Assembly (NCBI GenBank): GCA_963707505.1 | Contig: CAVPQB010000006.1 | Location: forward strand, 448,001-512,000 | Length of the DNA: 64,000 nt | Origin: an uncultured Gemmatimonadales bacterium | GTDB taxonomy: Bacteria; Gemmatimonadota; Gemmatimonadetes; Gemmatimonadales; Gemmatimonadaceae | Direction of reading: 5' to 3' | In this document: positions 9,241 to 20,140 of the stretch, piece after piece | Position numbering within the stretch: the stretch's first letter is position 1 | Layout: the number at the start of each line of letters is the position of its first letter | The notes under the pieces: model-generated | The model's input: the letters and a program-made list of their open reading frames with translations, nothing else | What the model was told of the DNA's origin: nothing | The model's database searches: none | Program-made: the position numbers and the translations under genes

Positions 9241-10719
9241 TTGAATCACCGTTACCGTGTCATCGCCGCCATCACCGGAGCAGTCGCGTTCGTGGCGTGC
9301 TCCCCGGACAGCCCCAATCCGGTCGCCCCCACCGTAAGCGCGTCGCGTGACATACTCAGCGCGCCAGCACCCACCAATGGTCGCTACATCCTGTCCAGCG
9401 CCGCGGGTTTCGGAAGTGATCTCGCGGGTCAGATCGCGAAGCTCGGCGGCAAGCTCGAGCGCGTGCATACCGGCGCCGGATTCGCGGTGGTGAGCAACAT
9501 CAGCGACGCCAACGCCGCGCAGCTGACCAGCCTCAAGGGCGTGGACGATGTCGAGCCGGACATCCAGATCGCCCTCAATCTTCCGGTACCGCGCGTGAGC
9601 GGCACCGTCGGATCTGTCGTCAACGATGCCGCGACGAGTCAGAGCAATCCAGCCGCGGCAGGCCGCTTCTCGTGGCAGTGGAACATGCGCCTCATCGGCG
9701 CAGACAAGGCATGGGCCGCGGGCAAGCTCGGCTCGTCGAGTGTCACTGTCGCGATCATGGATACCGGAATCGACTACGATGCGCCCGATCTGAACGGGCT
9801 CGTCGACCTGTCGCGCTCCACGTCCTTCGTACCGTCCGATGATTCGATCACCGCGCATTTCTTTCCTTCGCGCAATCCGATCTCCGATTACAACGGTCAC
9901 GGCACCAACGTCGCCACGCAGGTGAGCAGCAAGGCAGTCGCGCTTGCCGGCGTTACGTCCAGGACCACGCTCATCGGCGTGAAGGTGCTCAACGGACTGG
10001 GAGTCGGACCACTCAGCGGAGTTCTCACCGGCGTTCTCTATTCCGCCGATCACGGTGCCAACGTCGGCAATATGAGCCTCGGCGGAAGCTTCGCCAAGCC
10101 GGGCAACCGTCGCTACGTCAACCTGATCCAGCGCGTCTTCAACTACGCCAACAGAAAGGGGATGCTCGTGGTCGTCGCTGCGGGGAATGACGCCGAGGAT
10201 CTGGATCAGAACGGCAACGTGTATGAAGCGTATTGTGATGCACCACATGTGATCTGCGTATCTGCAGTTGGACCCAGAGTCGCCGGCGACGATCCGAACA
10301 CACCTGCGTTCTACACCAACTTCGGTCGCAAGTCGATCGACGTCGCCGCACCCGGCGGTAACGCTGATGCTGCGGATGGTTTCCCGCTATCGAACTGGCC
10401 GTGGGGATCAGACATCGCGTCGTGGGTCTGGTCGTACTGCAGCAAGACGACTCTCGTGTTCGACGCGACGGGTACCCCTCTCGGTTTCGCCGGCTGCCAG
10501 GGCGGGAACCTGCTGACCGGCTTCATCGGAACGAGCCAGGCAACGCCGCACGTCAGCGGACTCGCGGCGCTTCTCTTCGCGCAGAACGCGCACGCTTCTC
10601 CGTCGCGGATAAAGACTCTCATCGAGCAGTCGGCGGTTCAGCTCGGCCAGCACAACAGGGATCAGTACTATGGAAAGGGCCGCATCAGCGTGAGCAACGC
10701 GGTGGGATTGGGAAACTGA
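9241..10719 (+). CDS. Subtilisin-family (S8) serine peptidase, lipoprotein
   Basis: Triad motifs MDTGID, GHGTNVA, GTSQATPHV; oxyanion AAGN; lipobox FVAC. Confidence 0.93.
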   Translation: MNHRYRVIAAITGAVAFVACSPDSPNPVAPTVSASRDILSAPAPTNGRYILSSAAGFGSDLAGQIAKLGGKLERVHTGAGFAVVSNISDANAAQLTSLKGVDDVEPDIQIALNLPVPRVSGTVGSVVNDAATSQSNPAAAGRFSWQWNMRLIGADKAWAAGKLGSSSVTVAIMDTGIDYDAPDLNGLVDLSRSTSFVPSDDSITAHFFPSRNPISDYNGHGTNVATQVSSKAVALAGVTSRTTLIGVKVLNGLGVGPLSGVLTGVLYSADHGANVGNMSLGGSFAKPGNRRYVNLIQRVFNYANRKGMLVVVAAGNDAEDLDQNGNVYEAYCDAPHVICVSAVGPRVAGDDPNTPAFYTNFGRKSIDVAAPGGNADAADGFPLSNWPWGSDIASWVWSYCSKTTLVFDATGTPLGFAGCQGGNLLTGFIGTSQATPHVSGLAALLFAQNAHASPSRIKTLIEQSAVQLGQHNRDQYYGKGRISVSNAVGLGN

Positions 10720-10736
10720 GCATGGGTGGATGAGGA

Positions 10737-10770
10737 GAGCGGGGCGCCGGGTTGGCGCCCCGCTCTTTTT
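10737..10770 (+). terminator. Intrinsic terminator
   Basis: gagcggggcgcc / ggcgccccgctc stem followed by TTTTT. Confidence 0.85.
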
Positions 10771-10829
10771 GTATTCTGGCGAACGGTATTCGTTATTGCA
10801 CCGCGCGCGTTGTGCGCTCAGTGCATCCG

Positions 10830-11246
10830 CTATTCCTGATTTTTCCGACCGAACGGATCGCCGGCAACTGATTCAGTGTGCAGCGCGCAGCGCCACTCGC
10901 CATCGCGACGAAGCCACACTGACGCGTCGTTCGCCTTGAGCGGAAACGTCTTTCCGTCGAGGATCACAGTTTCGTTCACCGTGTACGCGATGATCGCGAT
11001 GTCATCGGTGACGAAACGCACCTGCATCGTTTTCGGATCGAACTCGAAGTGCGTGAGTTCCCACGCGCCTTCGGTAGTCATCTTCGCCATTGCTTGGGCG
11101 TCGATCGCGGAGACGCCCTGAGCGCCGACGATCATGCAGTTGTCGTCCGTCATGCGGCCGGCGCTGGTTGCGTCCTTGGTTTGCATCGCGGTCCAGAAGG
11201 CAGTCTCAAGCTTCTGAATTTCCTGCTCTCTTGCGTTGGCCGTCAT
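10830..11246 (-). CDS. NTF2-like (DUF4440) protein
   Basis: 138 aa SnoaL/NTF2 pattern ending VWLRRDGEWRCALHTES. Confidence 0.8.
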   Translation of the reverse strand: MTANAREQEIQKLETAFWTAMQTKDATSAGRMTDDNCMIVGAQGVSAIDAQAMAKMTTEGAWELTHFEFDPKTMQVRFVTDDIAIIAYTVNETVILDGKTFPLKANDASVWLRRDGEWRCALHTESVAGDPFGRKNQE

Positions 11247-11326
11247 GTCGCAGGCTCCGTTGGATGATCCGATGAAGGTTCGGGAAGACTCATGAAAGAA
11301 TCACGCCACCGCCGGTCTTCGAATTA

Positions 11327-11467
11327 TTACAGAGGACTCAATGCGCGGGCGAGTCGGCGCGGGGAGCAGGCCGCGAGTCCGAGAAAGACACCGACGACGA
11401 TCATGGCAACTTCCAGGATCAGCGACGGGATGGATTTGCCGTGGTGCGAATGATGGGTGTCGAGCAT
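11327..11467 (-). pseudogene. 46-aa ORF, possibly the truncated N-terminus of a membrane-anchored protein
   Basis: Manual translation MLDTHHSHHGKSIPSLILEVAMIVVGVFLGLAAC... has a typical N-terminal TM anchor and then ends abruptly. Confidence 0.3.
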
Positions 11468-11509
11468 GAGCGATGGCTCGGTGGGAGGGTGCGCGATACC
11501 GGCGGGATA

Positions 11510-12028
11510 TTATAGCATCTGCGATGAGGACGCGTCGATGGCTCGGTCCAGTTCCGCGCAGACATCGTCATCGAAGCAGACGAAGATCACGTGGTCGGGA
11601 AGTGCATGGCTCGCCAGATATGCTCGTACTGTTTTCACGGCGATGTCTGCAGCTTGCGCGATGGGATAACCGTAGACACCGCAGCTGATCGCCGGAAAGG
11701 CGATCGAGTGCAGTCCGTGCTCTCCGGCGAGCAGCAGCGACGACCTGTACGCGGACGCGAGCAGCTCCGGCTCACCATGCGTACCGCCGCGCCAGATCGG
11801 TCCGACGGTGTGGATCACGTGACGTGCCGGGAGATCGTAGCCGCCAGTGATCTTAGCGTCACCGACAGCGCAGCCCCCGAGCGTTCGGCATTCGGCGAGC
11901 AGCTGCGGGCCTGCGGCGCGATGGATCGCGCCGTCCACGCCACCGCCGCCGAGCAGGGAAGTGTTGGCAGCGTTGACGATCGCATCGACGGAGAGGCGGG
12001 TGATGTCACCGCGAATGAGCTCGATCAT
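11510..12028 (-). CDS. ymdB: Macrodomain O-acetyl-ADP-ribose deacetylase / ADP-ribosyl hydrolase
   Basis: [47 protein letters not shown]. Confidence 0.93.
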   Translation of the reverse strand: MIELIRGDITRLSVDAIVNAANTSLLGGGGVDGAIHRAAGPQLLAECRTLGGCAVGDAKITGGYDLPARHVIHTVGPIWRGGTHGEPELLASAYRSSLLLAGEHGLHSIAFPAISCGVYGYPIAQAADIAVKTVRAYLASHALPDHVIFVCFDDDVCAELDRAIDASSSQML

Positions 12029-12102
12029 GGGTTGGTCAACGGTGTGACTGGGCGACTGCGTCGACCGGACCGATGCAGCTTCGTTCTGTCATCTGCCGAA
12101 CG

Positions 12103-12648
12103 TTACCCGATATTTTTTGCAAGGACAACGAATACCAGCTCGGAAGTCCTCGGCAACCCGAAGCGCTCGTCGGTGAGCGGAAAGGGCCGTTCCTCACCGG
12201 TCTCCGAATAGCCGCGGCGATTGTAGTAAGCGATGAGCTCGGCGCGCTGCTTGATGACGGTCATCTCGATCATGTGCGCGCCAAAGTACGTCGCCGCAGC
12301 ATGCTCGGCGGCTGTAATGAGTTGTTTGCCGAGACCGGTCGCCTGTCGTCGCGGATCCACGGAAAGGAGACCGAGATAGGATGTGCCGTTTTCCTTTCTG
12401 GCGATCTGTACGCAGCCGATGATGTCGGATCCGTCGAGAGCGATGAGGATTCGCTGGTCGGGGTCGTCGATGATTTCGGTGAGAGATTCGGGATCGGTGC
12501 GTTGGCCGTCGAGGAGATCGGCTTCGTGCGTCCAGCCGACGCGGGCGGAGTCGCCGCGGTAGGCACTCTCGATCAATGCGTGGAGGGCGGGAATGTCTGC
12601 GCGCGAGGCAGGACGTATTGTGGGCGGGGTTTTCGTGGTGAGCATCAA
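12103..12648 (-). CDS. GNAT N-acetyltransferase
   Basis: AYRGD...GWTHEA; acetyl-CoA motif LSVDPRRQATGLGKQL. Confidence 0.88.
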   Translation of the reverse strand: MMLTTKTPPTIRPASRADIPALHALIESAYRGDSARVGWTHEADLLDGQRTDPESLTEIIDDPDQRILIALDGSDIIGCVQIARKENGTSYLGLLSVDPRRQATGLGKQLITAAEHAAATYFGAHMIEMTVIKQRAELIAYYNRRGYSETGEERPFPLTDERFGLPRTSELVFVVLAKNIG

Positions 12649-12731
12649 GACATTTTATCGTGGAGAAGCTGTGTGGAGAAGCTGACGGTTCCAGAGTGGT
12701 CCCGCGCTTGACCAATCGATACCCAACGCGT

Positions 12732-13267
12732 TTATGGCAGGAGTACGGATCGTGACAGATCCGGAATCACCTCTGTGATGGGAATACGTCGCTGCAGCAT
12801 GCTCAGCATGTCACGCGTGAGGGCGAGCTCTTTGGCGATCCGAACATGCGAGCCTGCTCTCAGCTGATTGACGTAGAGTGCCGGGCTCGCGCCCGCGCCA
12901 GTCGCTGAACGCCAGCGCACAGCTTCATAGCCACGCCGAGCCGCTACCGAAGCCATCCGCTGGCACCCCCGTGTCATCCGCCGCAACATCGTTAATCATC
13001 AGTCCCCACGCAGCCAGATTTCCTGCGGTGCGGATGTCGACGACCGCGCTTAAAGTGGATGTCGAGCACGAATACGGAGCGTGGGTGCACCTGTTCGAGT
13101 TCCCCGCCAACTCATTGGAGGCGCCGGCGCAACTCCTCACACGCGGTTTCGGCCGCGCGCGCGACGTAAACGGCACCGTCCTCCGCGGTATTGAACCGGC
13201 CCAGCGCAAACGCCTCCTGCGTGATTTGAGCAGTGCGGCGCAAATCCCGGTCGCTCGGCGTCGTCAC
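12732..13267 (-). pseudogene. RES-domain protein, disrupted (not in the ORF track)
   Basis: GTG 13267 overlaps the udgX stop. It reads ...LGRFNTAEDGAVYVARAAETACEELRRRLQ* (TGA 13112-13114), then VLDIH / LSAVVDIRT...DDTG / CQRMASVAARRGYEAVRWRSATG across two frameshifts at homopolymers (about 13051 and 12966). Confidence 0.7.
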
Positions 13268-14058
13268 CCTTTACGCAAATAGCTCCCAGCCGCCGCGATA
13301 TCCTTGAAGAACGCCTTCCGCTCCCGCTCACGATCGGCGGCGGTCGGCATGCGCAGCACCGACGACGGATGCACAGTCGCCATTACAGTGAGCTCCTCCA
13401 CGCCCTCCAGCTCCGCGAAAAAATCCTCACTCGGCACTATCGCCTTTCCGCGATCCTTCGTCACACGAAACTTCGGTCCCATCACCGCATGCGCAGCCGT
13501 CGCGCCGAGGCAAACCAGAAGTCGCGGACGCACCACGCGCACTTCAGCCGCAAGCCACGGACGGCATGCGCGCTGCTCGGCGCGATTGGGTGTAGCGTGC
13601 AGCTTGCGCTCCGGCGCGGTCGACTTGGAAGGTGCACCGCGCGCAATCCGCCTGGCCGCGCCTTCCCACTTGAAATGCTTTACCGCGTTGGTGACGTAAA
13701 CCGAGGAGCGGTCGATGCTCGCAGCGTCGAGAGCAGCGTCCAGCAGTCTGCCGGATGGACCAACGAATGGCCGGCCCTCGAGATCTTCTTCGTTGCCCGG
13801 CTGCTCGCCCACGAACATCAGCTCGGCGCTGCGCCTTCCTTCGCCGAAGACTGTCTGCTTGCCTGTTCGCCACAGGTCGCATGCTTTACAACCCGCAGCG
13901 GCCTTGCGTAGTGCGGGTAGTGACAACCGCGGCGGAAAGTACTCCGCGGCGGATGTGAACTCTGATGGAGGCTGCAGCTCGATCGCCGTCTCCGCCGGTA
14001 CGAGCTTTGATTTCACCATACGATCGTTCCATTCAACATCTGCGCCTGAATCCAGCAT
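13264..14058 (-). CDS. udgX: Family-4 uracil-DNA glycosylase, UdgX-like
   Basis: CKAC Fe-S ligands, VGEQPG, PFVGPSG, VTNAVKHFK...RKLH, ACRPWL, TVHPS. The start may be ATG at 14019. Confidence 0.88.
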   Translation of the reverse strand: MLDSGADVEWNDRMVKSKLVPAETAIELQPPSEFTSAAEYFPPRLSLPALRKAAAGCKACDLWRTGKQTVFGEGRRSAELMFVGEQPGNEEDLEGRPFVGPSGRLLDAALDAASIDRSSVYVTNAVKHFKWEGAARRIARGAPSKSTAPERKLHATPNRAEQRACRPWLAAEVRVVRPRLLVCLGATAAHAVMGPKFRVTKDRGKAIVPSEDFFAELEGVEELTVMATVHPSSVLRMPTAADRERERKAFFKDIAAAGSYLRKG

Positions 14059-14104
14059 CGGTGCGTGGTACTGTCCATCAAACGCTCAGGAGGAATGCCC
14101 TCTC

Positions 14105-16064
14105 TCACCCCAGCTCCGCCAATAACTCCCTCAACTCCCCCGCACTCCCCGGCCGCCCGCCCGGCTCCTTATCCAGCAACCGCATCACCAACCCCGACAA
14201 CGGCAACGGCACACTCGCATCCCGCTCCGCCGGCGCCACCGGCACTGTATGCAACACCTTCGCAATCAACGCGATCGGTGACGCGCCCTCGAATGGCAAT
14301 CCACCAGTCAGACATTCATAAAGCACCACACCCACAGCGTACAGATCGCTCCGCGCATCCACTTCCTCGGCGAGCAACTGCTCCGGCGCCATGTACGCCG
14401 GCGTCCCGATCACCATCCCAGCCTGGGTCAGCGTGCTCGTATGCTCCGCCAGACGCGCGATTCCAAAATCCATCACCTTGAGCACGCCGTCCGGATCCAG
14501 CAGCATGTTCTGCGGCTTGATGTCGCGATGGATCACTCCCTGGTCGTGCGCAACCTCCAGCGATGCCGCAAGCTGTTGCGCGATGCCGAGTGTCGACGGC
14601 ACGCTCAGATGCCCGCGCATGTCGATCAGCTCGCGCACCGTGATTCCCTCGACGTACTCCATCGTTACGTAGTACGCGCCGTCGTGCTCGCCGAGATCGT
14701 GCGTGCGCACCACGTTGCGATGCGAGATTCGGCGCGCAAGCCTGATCTCCGTCTTGAATCGCTCGACGACGGTCGGATCGTCACTCATCGCGTTACTGCG
14801 CAACGTCTTGATCGCAACATCCTCGGCGAGCTCGCGATCGCGCGCCTTGTATACCATCCCCATTCCGCCGCGGCCCACCACGCGCGTGATCTGATACCGG
14901 TTCGCGAACAGCTCGCCGGGAATCAGCGCGCCGTCGTCCGGCTCGGACGTGTCGCCGGTCGCGGCTGCTGATCTTTTCGCCTCGTCCATCTCGCGGCGAA
15001 GATTCGTTACGTGGTTCTGCAACCGCTGCTCGCGCGCCTTCACACCAACTGCCATCGAGTCGAACACGCGCGCGAGTCGCCCAAGCGCATCGCCACGCTC
15101 CGCAATCTGCGCCAGCGATCCAGCGGCATATATCCCGCGCTCGACCGCGGTCGCAGCCTCGGCGACTCGCTCCACCTGGCGCAGGTAATCCACTTCCAGA
15201 TTGCGCAGTCTCTTCTTCTCTATGGATGCACCAACGCGCGCGCGCAGAATCACCTGATCGAATGGCTTGGGAAGAAAGTCGTCCGCACCTGCCTCGATGC
15301 AAGCCGCGATCGTGGACAGATCATCCGCAGCGGATATCATCACGACCGGAATGTCACGCGTCGCTGGATCCTGCTTGATGCGGCGCAGCACTTCGCGACC
15401 ATCCATTCCCGGCATCCGAACGTCGAGCAGCACCACGTCGCACGCGGCTCGTTGCACGATCTCCAGCGCCAGTCGCGCCATCTCCCGCAGACACAACGGT
15501 ATAACCCTGACGCTCCAGATGCCGCCCGAGCACAGCACGGTTGTTCGGCTCGTCATCCACTATCAGGATCGTTCCGCGTCCGCCCGATGGAACAGCCTCT
15601 GCCGCGGGAGTGTCACGCTGCGGCGCTGCAACGGGCTCGATCGACGCGACACGCTTCGCCGCGACGAGCTGCTCGGTCGCGTTACGGATCCTCCGCACGT
15701 CCGCCGAAAATTCCTCGTCGATCGTCGCACGATCCTGCGGAGCAAGCAGCGCGGCCATCGATTCCATAATTCGGGCGTGCGGCGCGCGCAGCCTGTCGTA
15801 CAACGCATCCACGTCCCGCTGTGTAACATCGTGCCCGCCCGGTGTGAGCGACGCGTTGATCATCTCCAGTGCGTCCCGCACTGCACGCAATGACTCCTCC
15901 AGTCTTTCCCTCCGCGCAGTGTTGCCGGGACCTTCTGCGTCCTCGAGCAGGAGCTCACAGTAACCGACTATGTGATTCACCGGCGTGCGCATGTCGTGAC
16001 GCAGTGTCGCCACTTCATCCGCTGACAGCGTGCGCGTAATCTCCTGCTCGCCCACTTCGGTCAC
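14105..16064 (-). CDS. DHp(HisKA)-receiver-linker-Ser/Thr kinase fusion, one frameshift near 15475
   Basis: LRHDMRTPVNHIVGY; the receiver IVDDE..AGDG continues in another frame as ALEIV..LLDVRMP..ISA..PKP; then GRGGMG, AIK, HRDIKPQN, DFG, APE. Confidence 0.85.
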
Positions 16065-16429
16065 GCGCTACCCAGCAGTGTGTTCATCTTGAGGAGCAGC
16101 CGGTCGATCTCGACGGGCTTCGTGTCGTAATCGCTGCACCCGGCATCCATTGCCTTGTCCCGATCTCCGGACATCGCATGCGCGGTGAGCGCAATTATGG
16201 GAATGGTCTGCGTCTCAGGCGCTGCGCGCAGCTGTCGTGTCGCTTCCCAGCCGTCGATCACGGGGAGACTCATGTCCATCAACACGATGTCGTACGAGCC
16301 GTTGCGCGCCATCTCAACGCCCTGCGCTCCGTCCAGTGCCATGTCGACCTCGAACCCCTTCTTCCGAAGACGACGCGACAACATGTCGCGATTCATCTCG
16401 TTGTCTTCCACGAGCAGCACCCTGGCCAT
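16061..16429 (-). CDS. Single-domain response regulator (DivK/CheY-like)
   Basis: [10 protein letters not shown]...LMDMSLP...LTAHA...KP; overlaps both neighbours. Confidence 0.92.
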   Translation of the reverse strand: MARVLLVEDNEMNRDMLSRRLRKKGFEVDMALDGAQGVEMARNGSYDIVLMDMSLPVIDGWEATRQLRAAPETQTIPIIALTAHAMSGDRDKAMDAGCSDYDTKPVEIDRLLLKMNTLLGSA

Positions 16430-19368
16430 CAGTGAGTCTCCTCGCCCTGCGTGGTCCGCCTGATGCGATTGCCGAGCTTGGAGGCGATCTCCGACAGCAG
16501 CTCGTCGCGCGAATAATCCCCCTTCTGCAACACTGTCGTCACCTGTCCGTTGAGCTTGCTGCGCTCGACGGCTGTCAGCTCCTTCGCGGTCACCACTATC
16601 ACGGGAACCGTACTCGCGCGCGGCAGTGACCGGATCTCCGACAGGAACTCGAACCCGTCCATCTCCGGCATCATGAGATCGAGCAGAATTATCGCGGGAT
16701 CCTCGACGTCCATCTGGGCCAGCGCCTCGCGGCCGTTTCTCGCAACCTTCACCGTCCATCCCTCGCCCTCGAGCGTGCGTCGCAACAGATCACTCGCGGA
16801 CGGATCGTCCTCGACCACAAGCACCGATCCGCTCCCACCACTCGGCCGGTACTTCGCGAGCACTCGCCGCAACTGCTCGCGGTCGATGGGCTTGGTCAGA
16901 TACTCCGAAGCACCGAGCGCGAAGCCGGCTCGCTTGTCATCCACGATCGTGAGCATTATGACAGGCACGTCGCACAGATCAGGATCCGCCTTGAGCGCTG
17001 CCAGCACCGACCAGCCATCCATCCCGGGCATCATCACGTCGAGCGTGATGGCGTCGGGCCGAGTTTCCCGCGCTGCACGCAGTCCCGCCTCTCCAGTCGC
17101 TGCCTCATCGACGGTCAATCCCTCACGCAGCAGGAACCTGCGCATTATCGAGCGCACCGATGCCTCGTCGTCGATCACGAGTACCCTGCCCGCACTCGGC
17201 GTGACGCCGCTCGCTGCCACCGGCGTCTCCGCCGGCGTGTTCTCGCCGACGCTAGCTGGCAGACGAACTGTGAACGTCGACCCTCGCCCGTGCTCGCTCT
17301 CCACGGTGATCGTGCCGCCCATCATCTCGCAGAAGCGCCGCGATATCGCGAGCCCGAGTCCCGTCCCGCCAAACCGCCGCGTGGTGGATGCCTCAGCCTG
17401 CGAGAATGCCTCGAACAGCTTGGCCTGCTGCGCATCCGTCATTCCGATTCCGGTGTCGGAAACACGAAATGTGTACTCGTCCCGGTCGCCTTCCGCAGCG
17501 CGCGCACGCGTTACATCGAGACGCACAGTGCCGTGATCCGTGAACTTCGACGCGTTGGACAGAAGATTGAGAAGTGTCTGCCGCACCTTGATCATGTCAG
17601 CGCGCATCGCGCCGAGCGAAGGCGCACAGCTCACTTCGAGACGATTTCCGTTCTGCGCGATAAGCGGCTCGACGGTCGTTACAACGTCGTCAATCGTGGA
17701 GCGTACGTCGAAGGTCTCGATGTACAGCTCCATCTTGCCTGCCTCGATCTTCGATAGATCGAGCACGTCGTTTATCAGTGCGAGCAGATGCTTGCCGGAG
17801 GACCTGATCTTCTCGAGGTCGGCGATGTACGCGGTGTCGCCATTCTCCGCGGCGTCTTCCTTCAGCATCTCGCTGTAACCGATGATGGCGTTGAGCGGAG
17901 TGCGCAGCTCGTGACTCATGTTCGCAAGAAACCGGCTCTTCGCCTGATTCGCAGACTCGGCTTCGCGCTTCGCGCTCAGCAGATCGGTGACGTCGTGATA
18001 CAATGCCATGATTCCGACGTTCTTTCCCTCGACCGCTACTGGTACGCCTGCCAGCTCCACGTCGAGCAGCGAGCCATCCTTGCGACGGCGCTTGCCGATT
18101 CCTCTCGCCGTACGATGCGTCGCCTGGCTGGTATAAGCCTTCGCCTCTGCCTGCGTTTCCTGCGTGTTGATCAGGTCATCCAGATCGTGGCCGACACCTT
18201 CTTCCTGCGAGTATCCGAACAGCTTCTCGAAAGCCGGATTGAATGACGTGATGCGTCCGTTGGTCTCGAGCGTCACGATTGCAACCGGACTGTTGACGAC
18301 CACCGTCTCGAAATACTCCTTCTGTCGCTGTGCCTCGGTGTACAGCCGCGCGTTCTCGATGGCGATCGCGGCCTGTGGCGCGAACAGATTCAACAGTCGC
18401 AGATCGTCCGCACCAAACTGTCGCGCCGGATCCGAGTGCACGCTCGCGATCGCGCCAACGAGTCGCTTTCCGATCAACAACGGTGCAGCCATCACCGCAC
18501 GCACGGTGCTGCGTACGTCGGAATAGCTTCGTGAACGCCCTGACCATTCGTCATACTCCGGAATGATCAACGGCTCGTGTGTCACCGCGACCGTACCCAT
18601 CGCGCCCTCACCGAGCCCGAGGCGAACACCGGTCGAATCCTTGCCGATGTGATGGCTCGCGACGATCACGAGCTCGCGCGTCTGCTCGTCGTAGATGGCG
18701 AGCTCGCCACCCGTGACGCCGAGCAGCGTGACGGCGCGCTCGAGCACAGCCTGGAGCAGCTTGGAGAGCTCGCGCTCCGACGACAGATCCGCCATCGTAT
18801 CGAGGAGTGCCTTCTGTTCATCCGCGCGCCTGCGTTCCGAAACCAGCAGCCTCGCGCGTCCGATGGCGAGACTCGCGAAGTCCGCCACCGCGCTGAGCAC
18901 CTTGAAGTCGGACGGGGTGAACGCATTTGGCTCCGCGCTTTCCACCACCAGCACACCGATCACCTGGCCATCGATGTGCAGCGGAACGTCGACTTCGGAT
19001 CCGCTGTTGAGGCTGGGCAGATAGCTGCGCTCGCCTGCGACGGCAGCCGTATAGTGGAGCTTCGCGTCCTTCATAGCGCGATCGCTCAACCCCTCGCCGG
19101 GATGTACTCGCCAGGCTTTCGGGGCATCGGGCCAGCCGATGCTCGCACGGAGCACACGGTCACCGGTTTCATCCAGGAGAAAGGCGCCGAGGAAGTCGTA
19201 ACCCAGCGCCTCATCATGGAGGCCATCGACCAGGCGCTGGCAGACCTGCGCTTCGTCGGTAGCCGCGACCAGATCGACGGCGAGCCGCAGCAGTGCGGCC
19301 TGTCGATGTGCGAGAGTCCCACGTCGCGGCGTCTTGCGAGCCGCGGGTTTAGAAGACACCTGGCGCAT
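16429..19368 (-). CDS. Cytoplasmic hybrid histidine kinase GAF-GAF-PAS-HisKA-HATPase-REC-REC
   Basis: [32 protein letters not shown]; two receivers; no TM segment seen. Confidence 0.95.
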   Translation of the reverse strand: MRQVSSKPAARKTPRRGTLAHRQAALLRLAVDLVAATDEAQVCQRLVDGLHDEALGYDFLGAFLLDETGDRVLRASIGWPDAPKAWRVHPGEGLSDRAMKDAKLHYTAAVAGERSYLPSLNSGSEVDVPLHIDGQVIGVLVVESAEPNAFTPSDFKVLSAVADFASLAIGRARLLVSERRRADEQKALLDTMADLSSERELSKLLQAVLERAVTLLGVTGGELAIYDEQTRELVIVASHHIGKDSTGVRLGLGEGAMGTVAVTHEPLIIPEYDEWSGRSRSYSDVRSTVRAVMAAPLLIGKRLVGAIASVHSDPARQFGADDLRLLNLFAPQAAIAIENARLYTEAQRQKEYFETVVVNSPVAIVTLETNGRITSFNPAFEKLFGYSQEEGVGHDLDDLINTQETQAEAKAYTSQATHRTARGIGKRRRKDGSLLDVELAGVPVAVEGKNVGIMALYHDVTDLLSAKREAESANQAKSRFLANMSHELRTPLNAIIGYSEMLKEDAAENGDTAYIADLEKIRSSGKHLLALINDVLDLSKIEAGKMELYIETFDVRSTIDDVVTTVEPLIAQNGNRLEVSCAPSLGAMRADMIKVRQTLLNLLSNASKFTDHGTVRLDVTRARAAEGDRDEYTFRVSDTGIGMTDAQQAKLFEAFSQAEASTTRRFGGTGLGLAISRRFCEMMGGTITVESEHGRGSTFTVRLPASVGENTPAETPVAASGVTPSAGRVLVIDDEASVRSIMRRFLLREGLTVDEAATGEAGLRAARETRPDAITLDVMMPGMDGWSVLAALKADPDLCDVPVIMLTIVDDKRAGFALGASEYLTKPIDREQLRRVLAKYRPSGGSGSVLVVEDDPSASDLLRRTLEGEGWTVKVARNGREALAQMDVEDPAIILLDLMMPEMDGFEFLSEIRSLPRASTVPVIVVTAKELTAVERSKLNGQVTTVLQKGDYSRDELLSEIASKLGNRIRRTTQGEETH

Positions 19369-19534
19369 GGCGCTCTGTCCTCTTGCTTGTGAAACCGCTG
19401 GTCCGAACCCGTCAAAGTATGTGGGTCGGGCGCCGCCAGCGCTACGGCGAAGTGGATGCGCACCCGCGACCTGCTAGTTGTGGCCTCGGCAGGCAGCTCC
19501 GCCATACGTTCGCCTGACACGTTAGACTTCCACC

Positions 19535-20140
19535 ATGGCCATCATTTCGCGTGGCTTTCGCAGCCGGCGGCCTCCTGTGGATCCTGCCCGCGTACCACCG
19601 GGCCAGTACGTGACGAACGACTTTCCCGTTCTGTCCGCAGGCCCTACGCCGCGCACCCCGCTCGACAGGTGGACATTCACGATCCGCGGCACCGTGGACG
19701 CGCCGAGATCATGGACATGGGACGAGTTCGCGAAGCTCCCGCACGAGGATGCAAAGGTCGACATCCACTGCGTCACCAAGTGGAGCAAGCTCGACACGAT
19801 GTGGTCGGGCGTCGCGATCGATACACTGCTGGACGGAATCGACGTCGGTAGATCGACGCACGTAACTGCATTCTGCGACGGAGGCTACACCACCAACGTT
19901 CCGCTCGCGGATCTCGTCAACGGACAGGCATGGATTGCAGTCGGCTACGACGGAGCGCCGCTGCATCCGGAGCACGGCGGACCAGCACGACTGCTGGTGC
20001 CACATCTGTATTTCTGGAAGAGCGCCAAGTGGGTGCGTGGGCTCGAGCTGCGCGATCACGACGTTCCCGGATTCTGGGAAGTAAACGGCTACCACGATTA
20101 CGGAGATCCATGGAAGGAGCAGCGCTACCAGGGCGATTGA
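19535..20140 (+). CDS. Sulfite-oxidase-like molybdopterin oxidoreductase
   Basis: PPGQY, DIHCVTKWSK, HGGPARL..YFWKSAKW, GFWE.NGYH. Confidence 0.9.
   Translation: MAIISRGFRSRRPPVDPARVPPGQYVTNDFPVLSAGPTPRTPLDRWTFTIRGTVDAPRSWTWDEFAKLPHEDAKVDIHCVTKWSKLDTMWSGVAIDTLLDGIDVGRSTHVTAFCDGGYTTNVPLADLVNGQAWIAVGYDGAPLHPEHGGPARLLVPHLYFWKSAKWVRGLELRDHDVPGFWEVNGYHDYGDPWKEQRYQGD

Noticed and set aside
13112..13114. Selenocysteine or read-through at the RES TGA
   Set aside because: It is not at a catalytic Cys-like position and two further frameshifts follow; a CGA-to-TGA change or sequencing error is simpler.
12878..13282. Plus-strand 134-aa ORF
   Set aside because: Antisense shadow of the RES pseudogene, whose motifs and start/stop coupling are on the minus strand.
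15465..15485. Programmed frameshift in the DHp-REC-kinase gene
   Set aside because: No slippery heptamer is visible, the shift splits a receiver domain, and indel errors are common in this window.
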